From positions 310,001 to 374,000 of the forward strand of contig NIVC01000652.1 in assembly GCA_002269645.1 (NCBI GenBank): 64,000 bases of DNA. Direction: 5' to 3'. A program made the position numbers and the translations under genes. Below the pieces are notes generated by a model. That model was not told where the DNA came from. It made no database searches and saw only the letters and a program-made list of their open reading frames with translations. Numbering within the stretch: position 1 is the first letter of the stretch; the number at the start of each line of letters is the position of its first letter. The stretch is from Macrostomum lignano. Taxonomy: Eukaryota. Shown here piece by piece: positions 1-12,936 of the stretch.

Positions 1-276
1 GTTAAAACTTTTAATTCTGAATTTTTAAAGCGTTTTTGGTAAAACTTTAAAGATTAATTTCGTAAAATGCACCAATGGTTAATGGAATGCGGATAATTCA
101 TGCAATGCAGATCAGCAAAGCTCTTTCAATTCTTGTAATTCATTTTTCAACAAAAGCTACTCACTATTTAAGCAACGAGTTGAGGTATTTTGAAAAGCTA
201 AATTAGAGTTAAGATATTTTTTCAAAAATAGAAAAGCAATTTAGAGCGTCTTTGAATTCAAACAAAGTCAGTCAAA

Positions 277-3200
277 ATGAACCTCAAATACCTGGTGCTG
301 CTGGCCATGATGCTTGCAGCTTCACCGTGTGAGGCTGCATCAACTGCCCGATCCGAGCCGCCCAAAGCTTCTAAAACAAACAGCACTGCACCGCGCATCA
401 AGCAGCTACTCGGTAGCATTGCGAACTCGGTGATCAAAGACTTCAGCAACCTGATGGAAGGCCTGAAGAACCAGAACCTGCTAGCCAACGGCAAAAAGAC
501 TGGGAAGTCAGCCCACAAGTATCGGGCCAACGGCAGGAGTTCCGAATTCTCCTACTTCAATTTCGACGCCACCAAGGACAGAAAGTCGGCAACGTTCGTG
601 AATTTTCAAGTGCACAATGGTTCGACAACGGAGCCGAAGAACAACCAGCTGAAAGGAACGGCGGATAAGTGCGACAAAGTGCGAATCGCGTGCACCACTT
701 CCACCTGCAAAAGTGCGCAGTGCTTCTCCGAGTGTCCGAAAGGCTACCAGCCTAGCGACAAAGATAAAACACTGTGCGTTCCATGCAGCGCTGGCAACGC
801 AAAAAGCTTTGAAGGTAACAGAAAATGCCGCGTCTGTATGGCAGGAACTTTCAGCGCATTCTCGCCGGAAGGATCCACTGGCTGCACTCCGTGTCCGACA
901 GGCAGCTCGAGTGGACCAGGTGCAGCGCGTTGTACCAGCTGCAAGCCCGGGACATTCGCCTCAGCAACCGGATCATCGACCTGCACCCCGTGTTCAGCTG
1001 GATACTTTGCCAGTGAAGCCGGAGCAACAGGTTGCAGCAAGTGTTCCGCTGGCAGCTCGAGTGTCGAAGGTGCGGTAAAGTGCACCAGCTGCAAGGCCGG
1101 ATTCTCTGCGACCGCTGGCGCCGCGACCTGTGCTCCGTGCTCCTCTGGTAGCTTCGCCTCTCAGGCCGGTCAAGCCAACTGCAAAAAATGTCCTGCTGGA
1201 AGCTCGAGTGGACCAGGTGCGGAGAAGTGCACCAGCTGCATGGCCGGAACATTTGCGTCGTCAACTGGAGCATCGAAATGTACCGAATGTCCTGCTGGTA
1301 GCTCGAGCGGACCAGGTGCGAAGAAGTGCACCAGCTGCAAGGCCGGAACATTCGCGTCGTCAACTGGAGCATCGAAATGTACCGAATGTCCTGCTGGTAG
1401 CTCGAGTGAACCTGGTGCAGAGAAGTGTACCAGCTGCAAAGCCGGAACATTTGCGTCGTCAACTGGAGCATCGAAATGTACCGAATGTCCTGCTGGTAGC
1501 TCGAGCGGATCAGGTGCGAAGAAGTGCACCAGCTGCAAGTCCGGAACATTTGCGTCGTCAACTGGAGCATCGAAATGTACCGAATGTCCTGCTGGTAGCT
1601 CGAGCGGATCAGGTGCGAAGAAGTGCACCAGCTGCAAGTCCGGAACATTCGCGTCGTCAACTGGAGCATCGAAATGCACCGAATGTCCTGCTGGTAGCTC
1701 AAGTGGACCAGGTGCGAAGAAGTGCACCAGCTGCAAGGCCGGAACATTTGCGTCGTCAACTGGAGCATCGAAATGTACCGAATGTCCTGCTGGTAGCTCG
1801 AGCGGATCAGGTGCGAAGAAGTGCACCAGCTGCAAGTCCGGAACATTTGCGTCGTCAACTGGAGCATCGAAATGTACCGAATGTCCTGCTGGTAGCTCGA
1901 GCGGACCAGGTGCGAAGAAGTGCACCAGCTGCAAGTCCGGAACATTCGCGTCGTCAACTGGAGCATCGAAATGTACCGAATGTCCTGCTGGTAGCTCAAG
2001 TGGACCAGGTGCGAAGAAGTGCACCAGCTGCAAGGCCGGAACATTTGCGTCGTCAACTGGAGCATCGAAATGTACCGAATGTCCTGCTGGTAGCTCGAGC
2101 GGATCAGGTGCGAAGAAGTGCACCAGCTGCAAGTGGCCGGAACATTCGCGTCGTCAACTGGAGCATCGAAATGTACCGAATGTCCTGCTGGTAGCTCGAG
2201 CGGATCAGGTGCGAAGAAGTGCACCAGCTGCAAGTCCGGAACATTCGCGTCGTCAACTGGAGCATCGAAATGTACCGAATGTCCTGCTGGTAGCTCGAGC
2301 GGACCAGGTGCGAAGAAGTGCACCAGCTGCAAGGCCGGAACATTTGCGTCGTCAACTGGAGCATCGAAATGTACCGAATGTCCTGCTGGTAGCTCGAGCG
2401 GATCAGGTGCGAAGAAGTGCACCAGCTGCATGGCCGGAACATTCGCGTCGTCAACTGGAGCATCGAAATGCACCGAATGTCCTGCTGGTAGCTCGAGCGG
2501 ACCAGGTGCGAAGAAGTGCACCAGCTGCATGGCCGGACATTCGCGTCGTCAACTGGAGCATCGAAATGTACCGAATGTCCTGCTGGTAGCTCGAGTGGCG
2601 AAGGTGCGAAGAAGTGTACCAGCTGCAAGTCCGGAACATTTGCGTTGTCAACTGGAGCATCGAAATGTACCGAATGTCCTGCTGGTAGCTCGAGCGGACC
2701 AGGTGCGAAGAAGTGTACCAGCTGCAAGTCCGGAACATTTGCGTCGTCAACTGGAGCATCGAAATGTACCGAATGTCCTGCTGGTAGCTCGAGCGGACCA
2801 GGTGCGAAGAAGTGCACCAGCTGCATGGCCGGGACATTCGCGTCAACTGGAGCATCAAAGTGTATCGCATGTCCTGCTGGTAGCTCGAGCGGACCAGGTG
2901 CGAAGAAGTGCACCAGCTGCAAGGCCGGAACATTCGCGTCGTCAACTGGAGCATCCAAATGTACCGCATGTCCTGCTGGTAGCTCAAGTGGACCAGGTGC
3001 GAAGAAGTGTACCAGCTGCAAGGCCGGGACATTCGCGTCAACTGGAGCATCGAAATGTACCGCATGTCCTGCTGGTAGCTCGAGTGAACCTGGTGCAGAG
3101 AAGTGCACCCGCGATGTGTGCCCCGATTCCGAAGTCGCTCTCAAGGGCAGCAAGTGCCTGAGTAAGTCATGGCAGCTGTGTTTCACTAGTCGAACGCGTC

Positions 3201-3668
3201 AAGTTAAATAACTCCATCCGATCCTTTTCAGAAAGGGTTGCAGACGTAACCTGCGAAAATCCTTTGAGGCGTTTTGGAGAAACGGCAGTGAAGATGTGCC
3301 GCCAAACAATCGATAACGACCTGAAAACGAGCGGCGACTCGGGCAATTTGGAGTTCCAAGTCAAGCACCGGTTGTATAATCCGCGCACCTTTCTCCAATA
3401 CGCCTTCCGAGTGCCAGTCAACGTGCGCAGAGTAGTGATTTGGAACAAAGTCGGATCGCCAATTGATAAGCTGTATGACATAAAACTCACCTTCCATCCC
3501 AATGCTTTTGAATGCGCCATCGACTCCAAAAGGGGCAAGAAGGCCACCAAAAACAACTACCTGCTGATTGACTTCTGCGTCGCCAATGGGGTAAAAAAAG
3601 CCGAGCTGAGTTTCTGGAAGAAGCGCCAATTCATCTCTATTAGCGAGATCGCCTTCTATACCAACTGA
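277..3668 (+). CDS. Secreted CxxC-repeat protein (GCC2/GCC3, Ephrin_rec_like-type repeats) with an uncharacterised C-terminal globular domain; 2 exons, 2 apparent frameshifts
   Basis: Signal peptide MNLKYLVLLAMMLAASPCEA, then ~19 copies of a 99-bp/33-aa unit (CTSCKAGTFASSTGASKCTECPAGSSSGPGAKK). Frameshifts at ~2133 (+2) and ~2536 (-1). Intron 3162-3231 (A|GTAAGT...TTTTCAG|AA, phase 1) joins in frame to the 3264-3668 ORF. No TM segment seen. Confidence 0.8.
1228..3108 (+). repeat. 99-bp coding tandem repeat (~19 units)
   Basis: TGCACCAGCTGC recurs at 1228, 1327 and onward; units differ at only a few codons (K/M, A/S, P/S, E/A). Confidence 0.95.
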
Positions 3669-4506
3669 GGCTGTCATTCAAATAAACTGATGAAGCGCTA
3701 AATTCACACTTAGAATTCGCGCACAATTTCAATCTTTCTCGAAAAAAAAAAGAAATCGCTTGCACACGTACCTGATTCGCAGTGAGAATGAGCGGTGAGA
3801 ACAGTCTTGTGCAGTAGTGTAGTGAGGTTCGTGACAAATGACGTCTGGACTGTAATGACTCTGCACTCGGACAAAATAGATGGTTGGGTGAAAAATGAGT
3901 TAGGGGACTCAAATTAGGGGACCGATTAGGTCAGTAGCGCGTCTGATTAGCTGGCAGCGCCAAAGTACCTGGCTTACACTAAACTGAAGTACCTTAAGGC
4001 GAGCGAACTGTCAGATTGCTGAAAATAGAGTTTACCTACGCATGCATTGGATGGCAACGTCGCACGGTTGCTGCATCCATCACCACCTATAAGATGGGAG
4101 AATTTATAAGATATACGACGAGCACTCATGGCGGTCTTGGCTGTGAGTGACCAACTGTCAGGCGCCGCCCATTCAATCATTACTACTCTATGCAGAATCT
4201 ATGAAGAACAAAACGCTTGAACCACGTGTGTTAGGACACGCATGGATTTTACAGTAAATAAATCTGCACTTCTGTCAGTTGTACTTGGTGTAAAGTGGAG
4301 CAAAAGATGATTCAGGAATCATGTAGGCATTAATATAAATCAGCAGTTTCAGCATTTGTTCTGCAAAGATAAGATTGCAGGAATTGATTTTTAACTCTAC
4401 TGAGCAGTGAACGAAAAGTTTTTTTCTGAAGGCGTCTCTCAGCCCACGAAGTCGAATCTGTACATCAGCAAATTCCAGTGAGTCATCAGGCTTTAGGAGA
4501 CTGCCG

Positions 4507-5973
4507 TTAGTCAAAGGGCCAACTGTCGCCGCCGCCGCCGCCGCCACGGCCGGTCTGGAGTTCATCGTCGCTGACAAAATCACCGGAGTCGTCGAGCTCC
4601 TCCTCGGAGGCGATGGAAGTTCGGTGCATGGACTCGGAAGTGTCAGGTCGGAACCGGCCGCGCCCGCCTGACCCGCCCGGAGCCGGCGCCGCAGCCGTGG
4701 CGTACTGGCTCATGAGGGCCTGGTACATCTGGCGGGTCGAGTCCAGGTTGGCGATGATCTGACCGTGGCGCTGGACCGTCGCTGTCACGCCGAAAATGTT
4801 CACCGCTTTCTCTGCACGGTTTGGGGTGCAAGCGGGCCACTTAAAAATGTGCTCTAAACTTTTCATCGGACTCAAAACTATATAGAAGCAAAATATAGTT
4901 CTGGATAGAACAAAAACGGGAAGGCCAATCAAAGATTGATCATAGGAAATCAGAATTTTAGCAACTCACGAGGCAGAATTCCGCAGCACTGCTGCATGGA
5001 GGGCCCGTGCACTCGAGCCAGCCGCATTGGTTGTAGACTGAAAGCGAAAATGGAGTATAATTGCAGATATTGCAGATCGAAAATAGCGCAACGACATCTT
5101 TAGTTGGAAACTACATGTACAGCCAGTGGAAGGCGTTCTTCTGTCTTCCACCACACTACCACGGGATTTACGGCAGCTATATCTTTTCCATGAATTGACC
5201 AAGGACCACTGTATATACAGTGGTCCTCGGAATTGACATGGCTTGAATCATGCATACTATCGAGCTTGACATTCATAGGCATTGACTAGTGGCAACAAGC
5301 AAGAGATCTAAGATAAAATTGTTGCCACGACTGACTGTTTCGCCCGGGATAACAATGCTGTACCACTCTGCCATGCTTCCCTTTTAGTACTCACTGTCCC
5401 TTTTGAAGTCGACCTGAAGATTTTCGGCTTCCAGGGTTTGTAGGCTCTTCGTCTTGCAAGATTTGCTTCCTGACCCGGTCTACCGAAATCTCGGTCTTGG
5501 CCATCAAGCCCTCGCCAGGATGCATCGGTGGCTTCTCTGACTGAATAAGGAATTAAGTTGAGCCAATCGTTTCCACTGAGCTTTGAGTATTTCAATCGGA
5601 CCAATCTGCCGGACTCACCTGCCCGCGACTCTCCTTCCTGACCTGCAGCCGGGAGCCTTGCACTGCCTGTTTAAACGGTGAGGCGCGCTTCAATTGGAGG
5701 ATAGAGGAATCCGGCACCAGCTGGTTGCGGCGACCAGGGTGGCCAGAAAATAATGACGGTTCTTGCTTGCCTAGCTGTCCAATGGCGCTGTAGTCTCGGG
5801 GAGTCTCTCTACTCGGGGAGAAGGGCAATTAGCTGATAAATTACGTGTTTATGGTACATAAGTCGTTATTATACAATTCTAACACATAAAATCAAGACTT
5901 ACGACATCATAATGTACATCGCTTTTGGACTACGTGTAGAGCTTCTGGACGAAGCTCTTGATTGCTGGTTCAT
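4507..5973 (-). CDS. Uncharacterised 259-aa protein, 5 exons
   Basis: Exons 5973-5903, 5808-5619, 5540-5395, 5037-4970, 4811-4507. All donors are GTAAGT/GTGAGT, all acceptors YAG; phases 2,0,2,1 match; total 780 nt open. Acidic, Gly-rich C-terminus. Confidence 0.7.
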
Positions 5974-7535
5974 TAATAAACCTGTATAGTTTTTACAACT
6001 GAAAATTGAGGTCGGAGTTTTGGCTCGTAATAGCAAGATTTTTCGAAAACTGAAGATCTGAAATGCGATGTAATGAGAATTAAATTTTATGAACATGCAA
6101 ACAGATGGAAATGCAAAAATGCAACAATAATAAATCTTATTCAAGCCCTATTAACAGTGTTTCGAAATAAAAATTACCTATTGAGCAAAGCAAATGAGGC
6201 TGGGCAAAAGCAAAAGGCCGTCCGTCGTTAGGTCTGTGATCGACATACACGAAACTTTGCGTTATTTAAAAATGATCTTGCTTTTGGATGTTAAAAATAT
6301 CGCAGCAGCGAAATACTATCTTTATAGTAGTTGCTTTAATATATATTATGAAATTAAAGCACTGCACCATTCCTTAAAGTCCTATTTGTGAGCGTTATTA
6401 TTAGTGCTATATAATTTATACATAGAATTTTGTTAGAATGAAGCACACATTTAAAAAAGGATGTCTTTTCACAGAAATTTTTTGCATGGTCCATTAGCTC
6501 GTATTTACTCTACTCTACTCAATTCCCAAACCCCAGCCAGCTCACTCGTCACTCTGAGCCTTCCAAACTAGACTACTAGGGTTACGGTCCAGTATGCGTT
6601 TAGTATACCTAGGTCTAGTCACCAATAACAGTGCATTTAGCTAAACTAGAATTTAGGACACAATTTAATGACTTTAATTTAGCGGTTAAAACCACTCGCA
6701 CCCGCACGGCGCACCAAGGCCTCAGCCACAATGTGTGTCGGAGGATAAGACTTAAGCCATAACCAAAGGCTAGTACAATGACCAGTGCCTATAAACCGAC
6801 TTTATTTTATATTTTCTTGTGTAATTCGATTGATACCATTTTATTAATTTATTATAGCATTTGATTTGATTTGATCGCTATAAATGAATAATAACTAGCT
6901 TAAACTTACTAACTAGGCAGCTAGGTCTACACTACACTCATAGTCTACATTTAAAAACCCCGAGTTCCCAAAATGCCATAGATAGGATAAGACAGATATC
7001 TAAGATTCTAATAATGTGAGAAATGGGTTTTTCTGATTTTAATAAATTAAAGTTTTTTAGACCATTATTAGTAATACAAATTCAAGTACTTTTTTGGCAT
7101 TCTTTCGTCTTACAATGCCTGCTATGCATTTCAATGGGACGGCCCCTGTTCGTTTTATGATGGCTGATGCCCTTAGAAAGCATATGGCATAGGCGTGATA
7201 GTGTAGTTTCTGTATAATTTTTGTTTTATGACTATACACGTATTTTGTATTTCGTATACTTGACAGATTGTTGTTCGTTAATGAAAGTCAAGCTATATAT
7301 TCCATTTTGTTTTACGATGCCGCAAGTGTTAGAATTATACACTGGGCATCGTAAGACGAAAGTGAGAAGGGGGTTTCTTCAAGTCCTTAAATTGGTTTAT
7401 CGCTTCTTTAGCCATGGCTACAAAGCGCCCACTAGGATCATTCTTATAATCACCCAACCCACCAGGCCTATAAATATACTATCCGTTTTGTTTTGCGATG
7501 CCCCAGATGTTGTAATTATTCATAGGCCCTAAGGC

Positions 7536-8088
7536 CCATAGTCAGGAAGGTGGCCTTTTTCGTCGAAAATTCCGGCGTGCATAGGCATAGCCAAAGATAT
7601 TCGGCGTACATTCGGCGTACATTTGGTCTGCCTTGCAACAGTTGGCGTACATTCAGCATATGCCATGTACGCTGCAAATATGTGGCATGATATGGGATAT
7701 AAGGTTGGCATATGAGGCAGTGCTAATTCTCTATTATGTCTACCGTATATTCTTATTCAAATCTCTGCCAAAACTTTACAGTAATTTAAAATGGTCATTT
7801 TAATTTTAACATCTTCAGTTAAACAAATTAAAAAAGACTAAACTTGTTGGTATAGTACAACAACCAAACTTGTCGAATATTCGTTGCAACGGAAGGTTTT
7901 TACTTCATTCAGCGTCCTAATAAGCTGATAAACAATTAACTAATCGGCGTGCATGGGTGCATTACAGTAGGGCCTATATTCGGCGTGCATTACGGTATAT
8001 TTGGCGTACATATGGTTACATTTGGCGTACATAGGTAGCCCTGCCCGAATTTCATTCCGGCGTACACATGCCACCTTCCTGACTATGG
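7536..8088. mobile_element. Non-autonomous hAT-like MITE
   Basis: 19-bp TIR CCATAGTCAGGAAGGTGGC / GCCACCTTCCTGACTATGG; 8-bp TSD CCTAAGGC on both sides; many internal GGCGTAC subterminal repeats. Confidence 0.85.
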
Positions 8089-9134
8089 CCTAAGGCATTA
8101 TAAAATGAAATGGATTATAATGGCTCGACAGCTTCAATTGCTAATGAGGGCGGACACAATGTTAAAGCGCGTGAGTTGAGACATTTCCATGGAAATATAG
8201 TCAGAAGTACAAACCAACTGTGTGACTCAATTTAAGACCTTTGAAACACTGCACTCTTCTGTCATAAAGTATACATTTTTAAAGCCTTCTTGCTTATTTA
8301 ACATGGGCATCGTAAGACAAAACAGATACAATTTTGGGCATTGTAAGACGAAACAGATATAATTTTGGGCATCGTAAGACAAAAGAATGCCCTTTTTTAA
8401 TGCAAATGTAGCAAAAAAAATACAAAAAGTAACTTTTTTTATTGTGATTAACATTTCAGACCAGTTATCCATTCATTTCAAAATCTTAACTATGCCATTA
8501 GATCAAATCTATCTAGTGTGCACCAATAGACTAGACTAGTAGACCAACAAGAGAGGGGTTGCAAAACCTGCATGTAAGCTAGGCTATGGTAGGTCCTCAA
8601 TGTTAGAAAAAGTAAAGTATTCAAAACTTGTAAACTAAAGAATGCATATCTAAAAACACAAATAAATGCTTGAATTTTGTAGTAACTTGAATAAAGTTAT
8701 ACTTTTTTACCTTACATTAATGAAAACAATGTATTTTTTATGTTATCATAAAATATTTATATACAAATGAAAATATCATCATAAACAAAACTCAAAAATT
8801 CCCATGTGACATAGTATATAATTCTAATAATAATGATGGCATCTTAAAAAAATTTAGTATGCACTGCTATAAGTAGCACATTAAAACTTTGCTAGCTCCA
8901 TGATATATGCTATGCATATAGTACTAAACTACCTAGGACCTTGCTACATAAAAGAATTTTCATTGTAATAATATCTGGGAATATAGTGCTTATTCAATAT
9001 TACACTTTAGGATCATACTAGGCCTACTTGAACCAGACATTTCTGGCATAAATTTGTGATACCTAGTTATAGTACATTATTATAGCATAGGCCTATATTA
9101 TATGGAAGTGCTTATCCACATGGTCCTATGCCGA

Positions 9135-11023
9135 TAATTCTAATTTCAGGGGTGGATTTAGGAGGGTTGGGAGGGTGGCTGCCCCCTTTGCCAAAATAGC
9201 TTGACAAAACATATTGCGTCCCTTAAAAAAACCTGGGTTTGTACCTCCTATACTTGATTTTTCACCTCCTTTTTTGCACCTTTATGTTTGACTTTTTGCC
9301 CTTTAAATGCATTTTTTGTGCCCCTAAACTTGATTTTTCGCCCTCTAAAGACATTGTTTGTGCCTTTAAGCTTGATTTTTTGCGCACTATATGTATTTTA
9401 GCACCCCTAAGCTTGACTTTTTGCCCCATACACACATTTTTGGTGCCCCTTATACTTGTATTGATGCCCCAAACTTGGATTGCCCCCTACCTCAAAATGA
9501 AACTCTAGATCCACCATTGTCTAATTTTATCTACACAAATCCATGTCAATAATTTTCAGCTTATCCTCATGGCAGCTTATTGAAATAGTTGCAACCATTC
9601 AAGTCTATAGGCCATGTCAATAATTCCAATTTTATCCCATGGATCCATGTCAATAATTTTCAGCTTATCCCCATGGCTAAGATTGTGTAGTTGTTTGTGT
9701 TTAGTTCTATGTACTGACATTAAATCAATATTGTCATTATTATTAGTAATATTATCATTATTATTAAATTTTGAATTTTGAATTTTGCAAGTCTTATTTG
9801 CCTTGATCTTTTGGTCATTTGGTCATTCTAAGCAAAGCTGGCAGCTAAGCAAATATTTAAAATTAACCTTTTAATGACAAAAAGTTTTAATAAAGTACTC
9901 AATACTATTTAGTACTTAGTACATGTAGTTTATTTGGAAGATTTGTAAAACAGTGAAAACAAAAAGATAGTTTTTGAACAGATTCATTTTAAGGTTCTTT
10001 ACTTCAATAAGCTGCCATGGGGACATACATGCGCAACAGTTGGCTAAGTCGGCCAATCTGGCCAACTGATTTGGTGGCCAACCAAGGAAGTTGCAAAAAC
10101 GCTTACCCAAAAAATACCAAAGTAGTAATACTAAGTAGCTGATGAGGCATTTTGGCTTAATAAGACAGTCATATTACTCCTGCCGGTTACTAAACCAAAA
10201 GTTGCATTAAATTTGCTTTATGGTTTTTTTACATGTAAGTCGCATTTTTGGCCAAAAACTACATCTCATTTTGTTAAAACTAAGTCACACAGCCAACCGA
10301 ATTTTGGAGGTTGCGCATGTATGCATGGGGATCAGTGCTCCCACTCTGGCGCAAATTCGCACCATGACTGAAAATGAGGCAATATGGCACAAATGTGCAA
10401 TTAATAAGGTTTGGCGCAAATCTGAAAATGTGGAAAATTGGCACCTAAATTGTAACCCTTTTCCATGTTTTTGTATGCTTTTTGTATGCTTCTTATATAA
10501 ATTCTCTTAACATACTTTTTATGTACCATTAGAATAACAAAGCCAACCCTGATAGTGTCAGATAGAAACTATTATGTTTTATAATTGCAGTATTGATTTG
10601 GAAAAATTAATGTCTCATGCGCATGCTATTGTTGCCATTTTTACCCATTTTTTGCCAAGTTGTAGTGTTTTATCTCGTCCAAAACTGGATGATTTATGAT
10701 TGAGGTCCCTGGATGTTAGGTTTTGAGATTTTTTTAATATCTCAATAGGCATCATACTGCATTAGAGCCTTAGAGATAGAGTGATAATGGCACAAAAAAT
10801 ATCCATGGAGCAAAAATGAATAGCTTGGCACAAAAAATGAAAGTTGCTGAGTGGGAACACTAGTGGGGATAAGCTAGAAATTATCAACACAGATCTATAT
10901 GGATAAAATTGGAATTATTGACACAGCCTATAGACTTGAATGGTGGCAGCTATTTCAATAAGCTGCCATGGGGATAAGCTATAAATTATTGACATGGATC
11001 TGTGTGGATTAAATTGGAATTAC
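9135..11023. mobile_element. Foldback/MITE-like element with ~150-bp degenerate inverted arms (left arm interrupted by the 9147-9519 MITE)
   Basis: ~9525-9678 is the reverse complement of ~10861-11020 (e.g. CAGCTTATTGAAATAG..CCATTCAAGTCTATAGG vs CCTATAGACTTGAATGG..CTATTTCAATAAGCTG). Confidence 0.65.
9147..9519. mobile_element. hAT-like MITE
   Basis: Imperfect TIR CAGGGGTGGATTTAG / CTAGATCCACCATTG; 8-bp TSD TCTAATTT on both sides. Confidence 0.75.
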
Positions 11024-11717
11024 TCTTTACTCTTTAGAGCTGATACTCTTTATAGTGGGAAGTCAATATATGCCAAGATTTCTTTCATTCTTTCAAAATA
11101 ACTACTTTCCATTTAAATTTACTTTTATTTCACAATTTGATTCTGCAACTGCAGGAACATGTATGCCACTTTTTCACTATCCATTTTTATATGCCAGATA
11201 GTATGCCAGATTTAAAAAAAATTGTATGTAAAGTGTACCATGTATGCCAAAAGTCATGATTATATGCTGCATTAATCTGGCATACCACCTTTCTTCCAGA
11301 CTATGGTCTAGCTAGGAATTAAGGGGCTAATTGTCACCACACTTTTAAACTGTTGAATCACAATAATGGTGATTAATAGGTTAATAGGTTAATTCTATTA
11401 TTATGCTGCACTAGCCATTGAGTATTACCTTGAGATGGTCTAATAGAGTGAGGCTAATATTTCTTGATATACTGTATACCCCAATGCTAATAACAATTAT
11501 AAGATATAATACAAAATATAGCTTGCTGCCACCAAACAAAGGTATGATCAAATGACAAAGCAATCAAAGACAAATTGCTTAGCTTAAGGTTTACATTAAT
11601 TGAATATAAGTAATTTTTAATGGCCTTATAATAGGTAATTATCAATCAGGTAAAGTGGCTCGCTTGATGAAGAGTAGATAAATAAAGGTAAATATCAACA
11701 TGAAGTATTATTTGAGT

Positions 11718-11761
11718 TGCCGATGCATTTCGTCCATTTGCATTAGGACATCGTCAGGGTC
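11718..11761 (-). ncRNA. Minimal type I hammerhead ribozyme motif (inverted copy)
   Basis: Reverse complement GATGCATTTCGTCCATTTGCATTAGGACATCGTCAGGG. Confidence 0.7.
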
Positions 11762-11945
11762 TTTTTATTGAGAAACAATTTGAACGAATATTCAGTATAT
11801 ATAGATAGTTGAGAGTAACAAGAGTAGTTGAATTGAGTTTTTAATTGATGGTTTAAAACTTGTACATAGTAATCAATTTTTGATACAGTATTGGTTGGGT
11901 AAAGTGCATATCAGTTTCAAGCCAGTCCGGTCATTGACAAATCAG

Positions 11946-12919
11946 CTAAAAAATTCTGAGTTGACGGCTAGCCCCACCCATCGCAAGTTGGTTATTTAAC
12001 GTGGGCTGTTTGGTCTTAATGTACAGGGCTTCTAATAGGCAGAGCATGTGATCTCTATTACAAAAATCAATAGCCTTTATCATTTCGTGTGGTTCAGCCT
12101 CACAACAAGAATTGCAGGTTAGCAGGTGTTCGTTAATAGCAGAGTTTTTTAGCCAGTGCTCTCTGACCCTCGTGTATAAGTGTCGTTTAGTTTTTCCTAT
12201 GTAGGAGATGCTCTGGTCCTCAGAGCAAACAAATTTATACACGACACCAGCCGCGAGAGGACGTGGAACACTGGATTTCAACTTGCAGACAAACTTAGCA
12301 ATCTTTTCGGTGCGAAACACAACACGGATTTGAGTGTTTAAGTCTTTACGGAGCAGCTTTTCTAACTTCTTTTTAAACTCTATAGAACAAACACCAAAGT
12401 AAGGCAAAGTGATCAAGGGACATTCAGAGGTGGAATCACGAACTTTCATCCGATTAGGTTCAGTCAGTTTGTCATTGAGAAAAGAGTTGACAATTTTCAT
12501 CACAAAGTTCTTAGGATAGCCATTGTAGCTGAGCAGATTGGTGAGGATTTCAACTTCGTTGTGGAAAAGTCTCCAAGAGCTGCAAGTGGAAAAAGCCCGG
12601 TGAAGAAAGCAACGAATCAATCCGGTTTTCCATTGTCTAGGGCACAAGGCGTCAAACCTAAGCATAAGCCCGGTAAAGCTAGGTTTCCTATACACGCTGG
12701 TCGAAATAGTTTCATCGGTGGCGTCAACGTCAATGTCTAAGAAAGGAAGTCTCCTGCCTCCCCCCTCCGCCGTGAATTTGATATTCTCATGAGTAGAATT
12801 GATTAACTTAAAAAACTCGTCCTTCTTAGCTTCGTCCTCAAAGATCGCAAACGTGTCATCGACGTAGCGTTTGTAGAAGTGAGGCGCACAAGGGAGGGCC
12901 ATCCAGTCCTTCTCCCAGT
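11946..12919 (-). pseudogene. Inverted 5'-truncated Penelope RT/GIY-YIG copy
   Basis: 11644-12919 is the reverse complement of 13055-14330. Confidence 0.9.
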
Positions 12920-12936
12920 TTGAGCATTTTAAGAAG

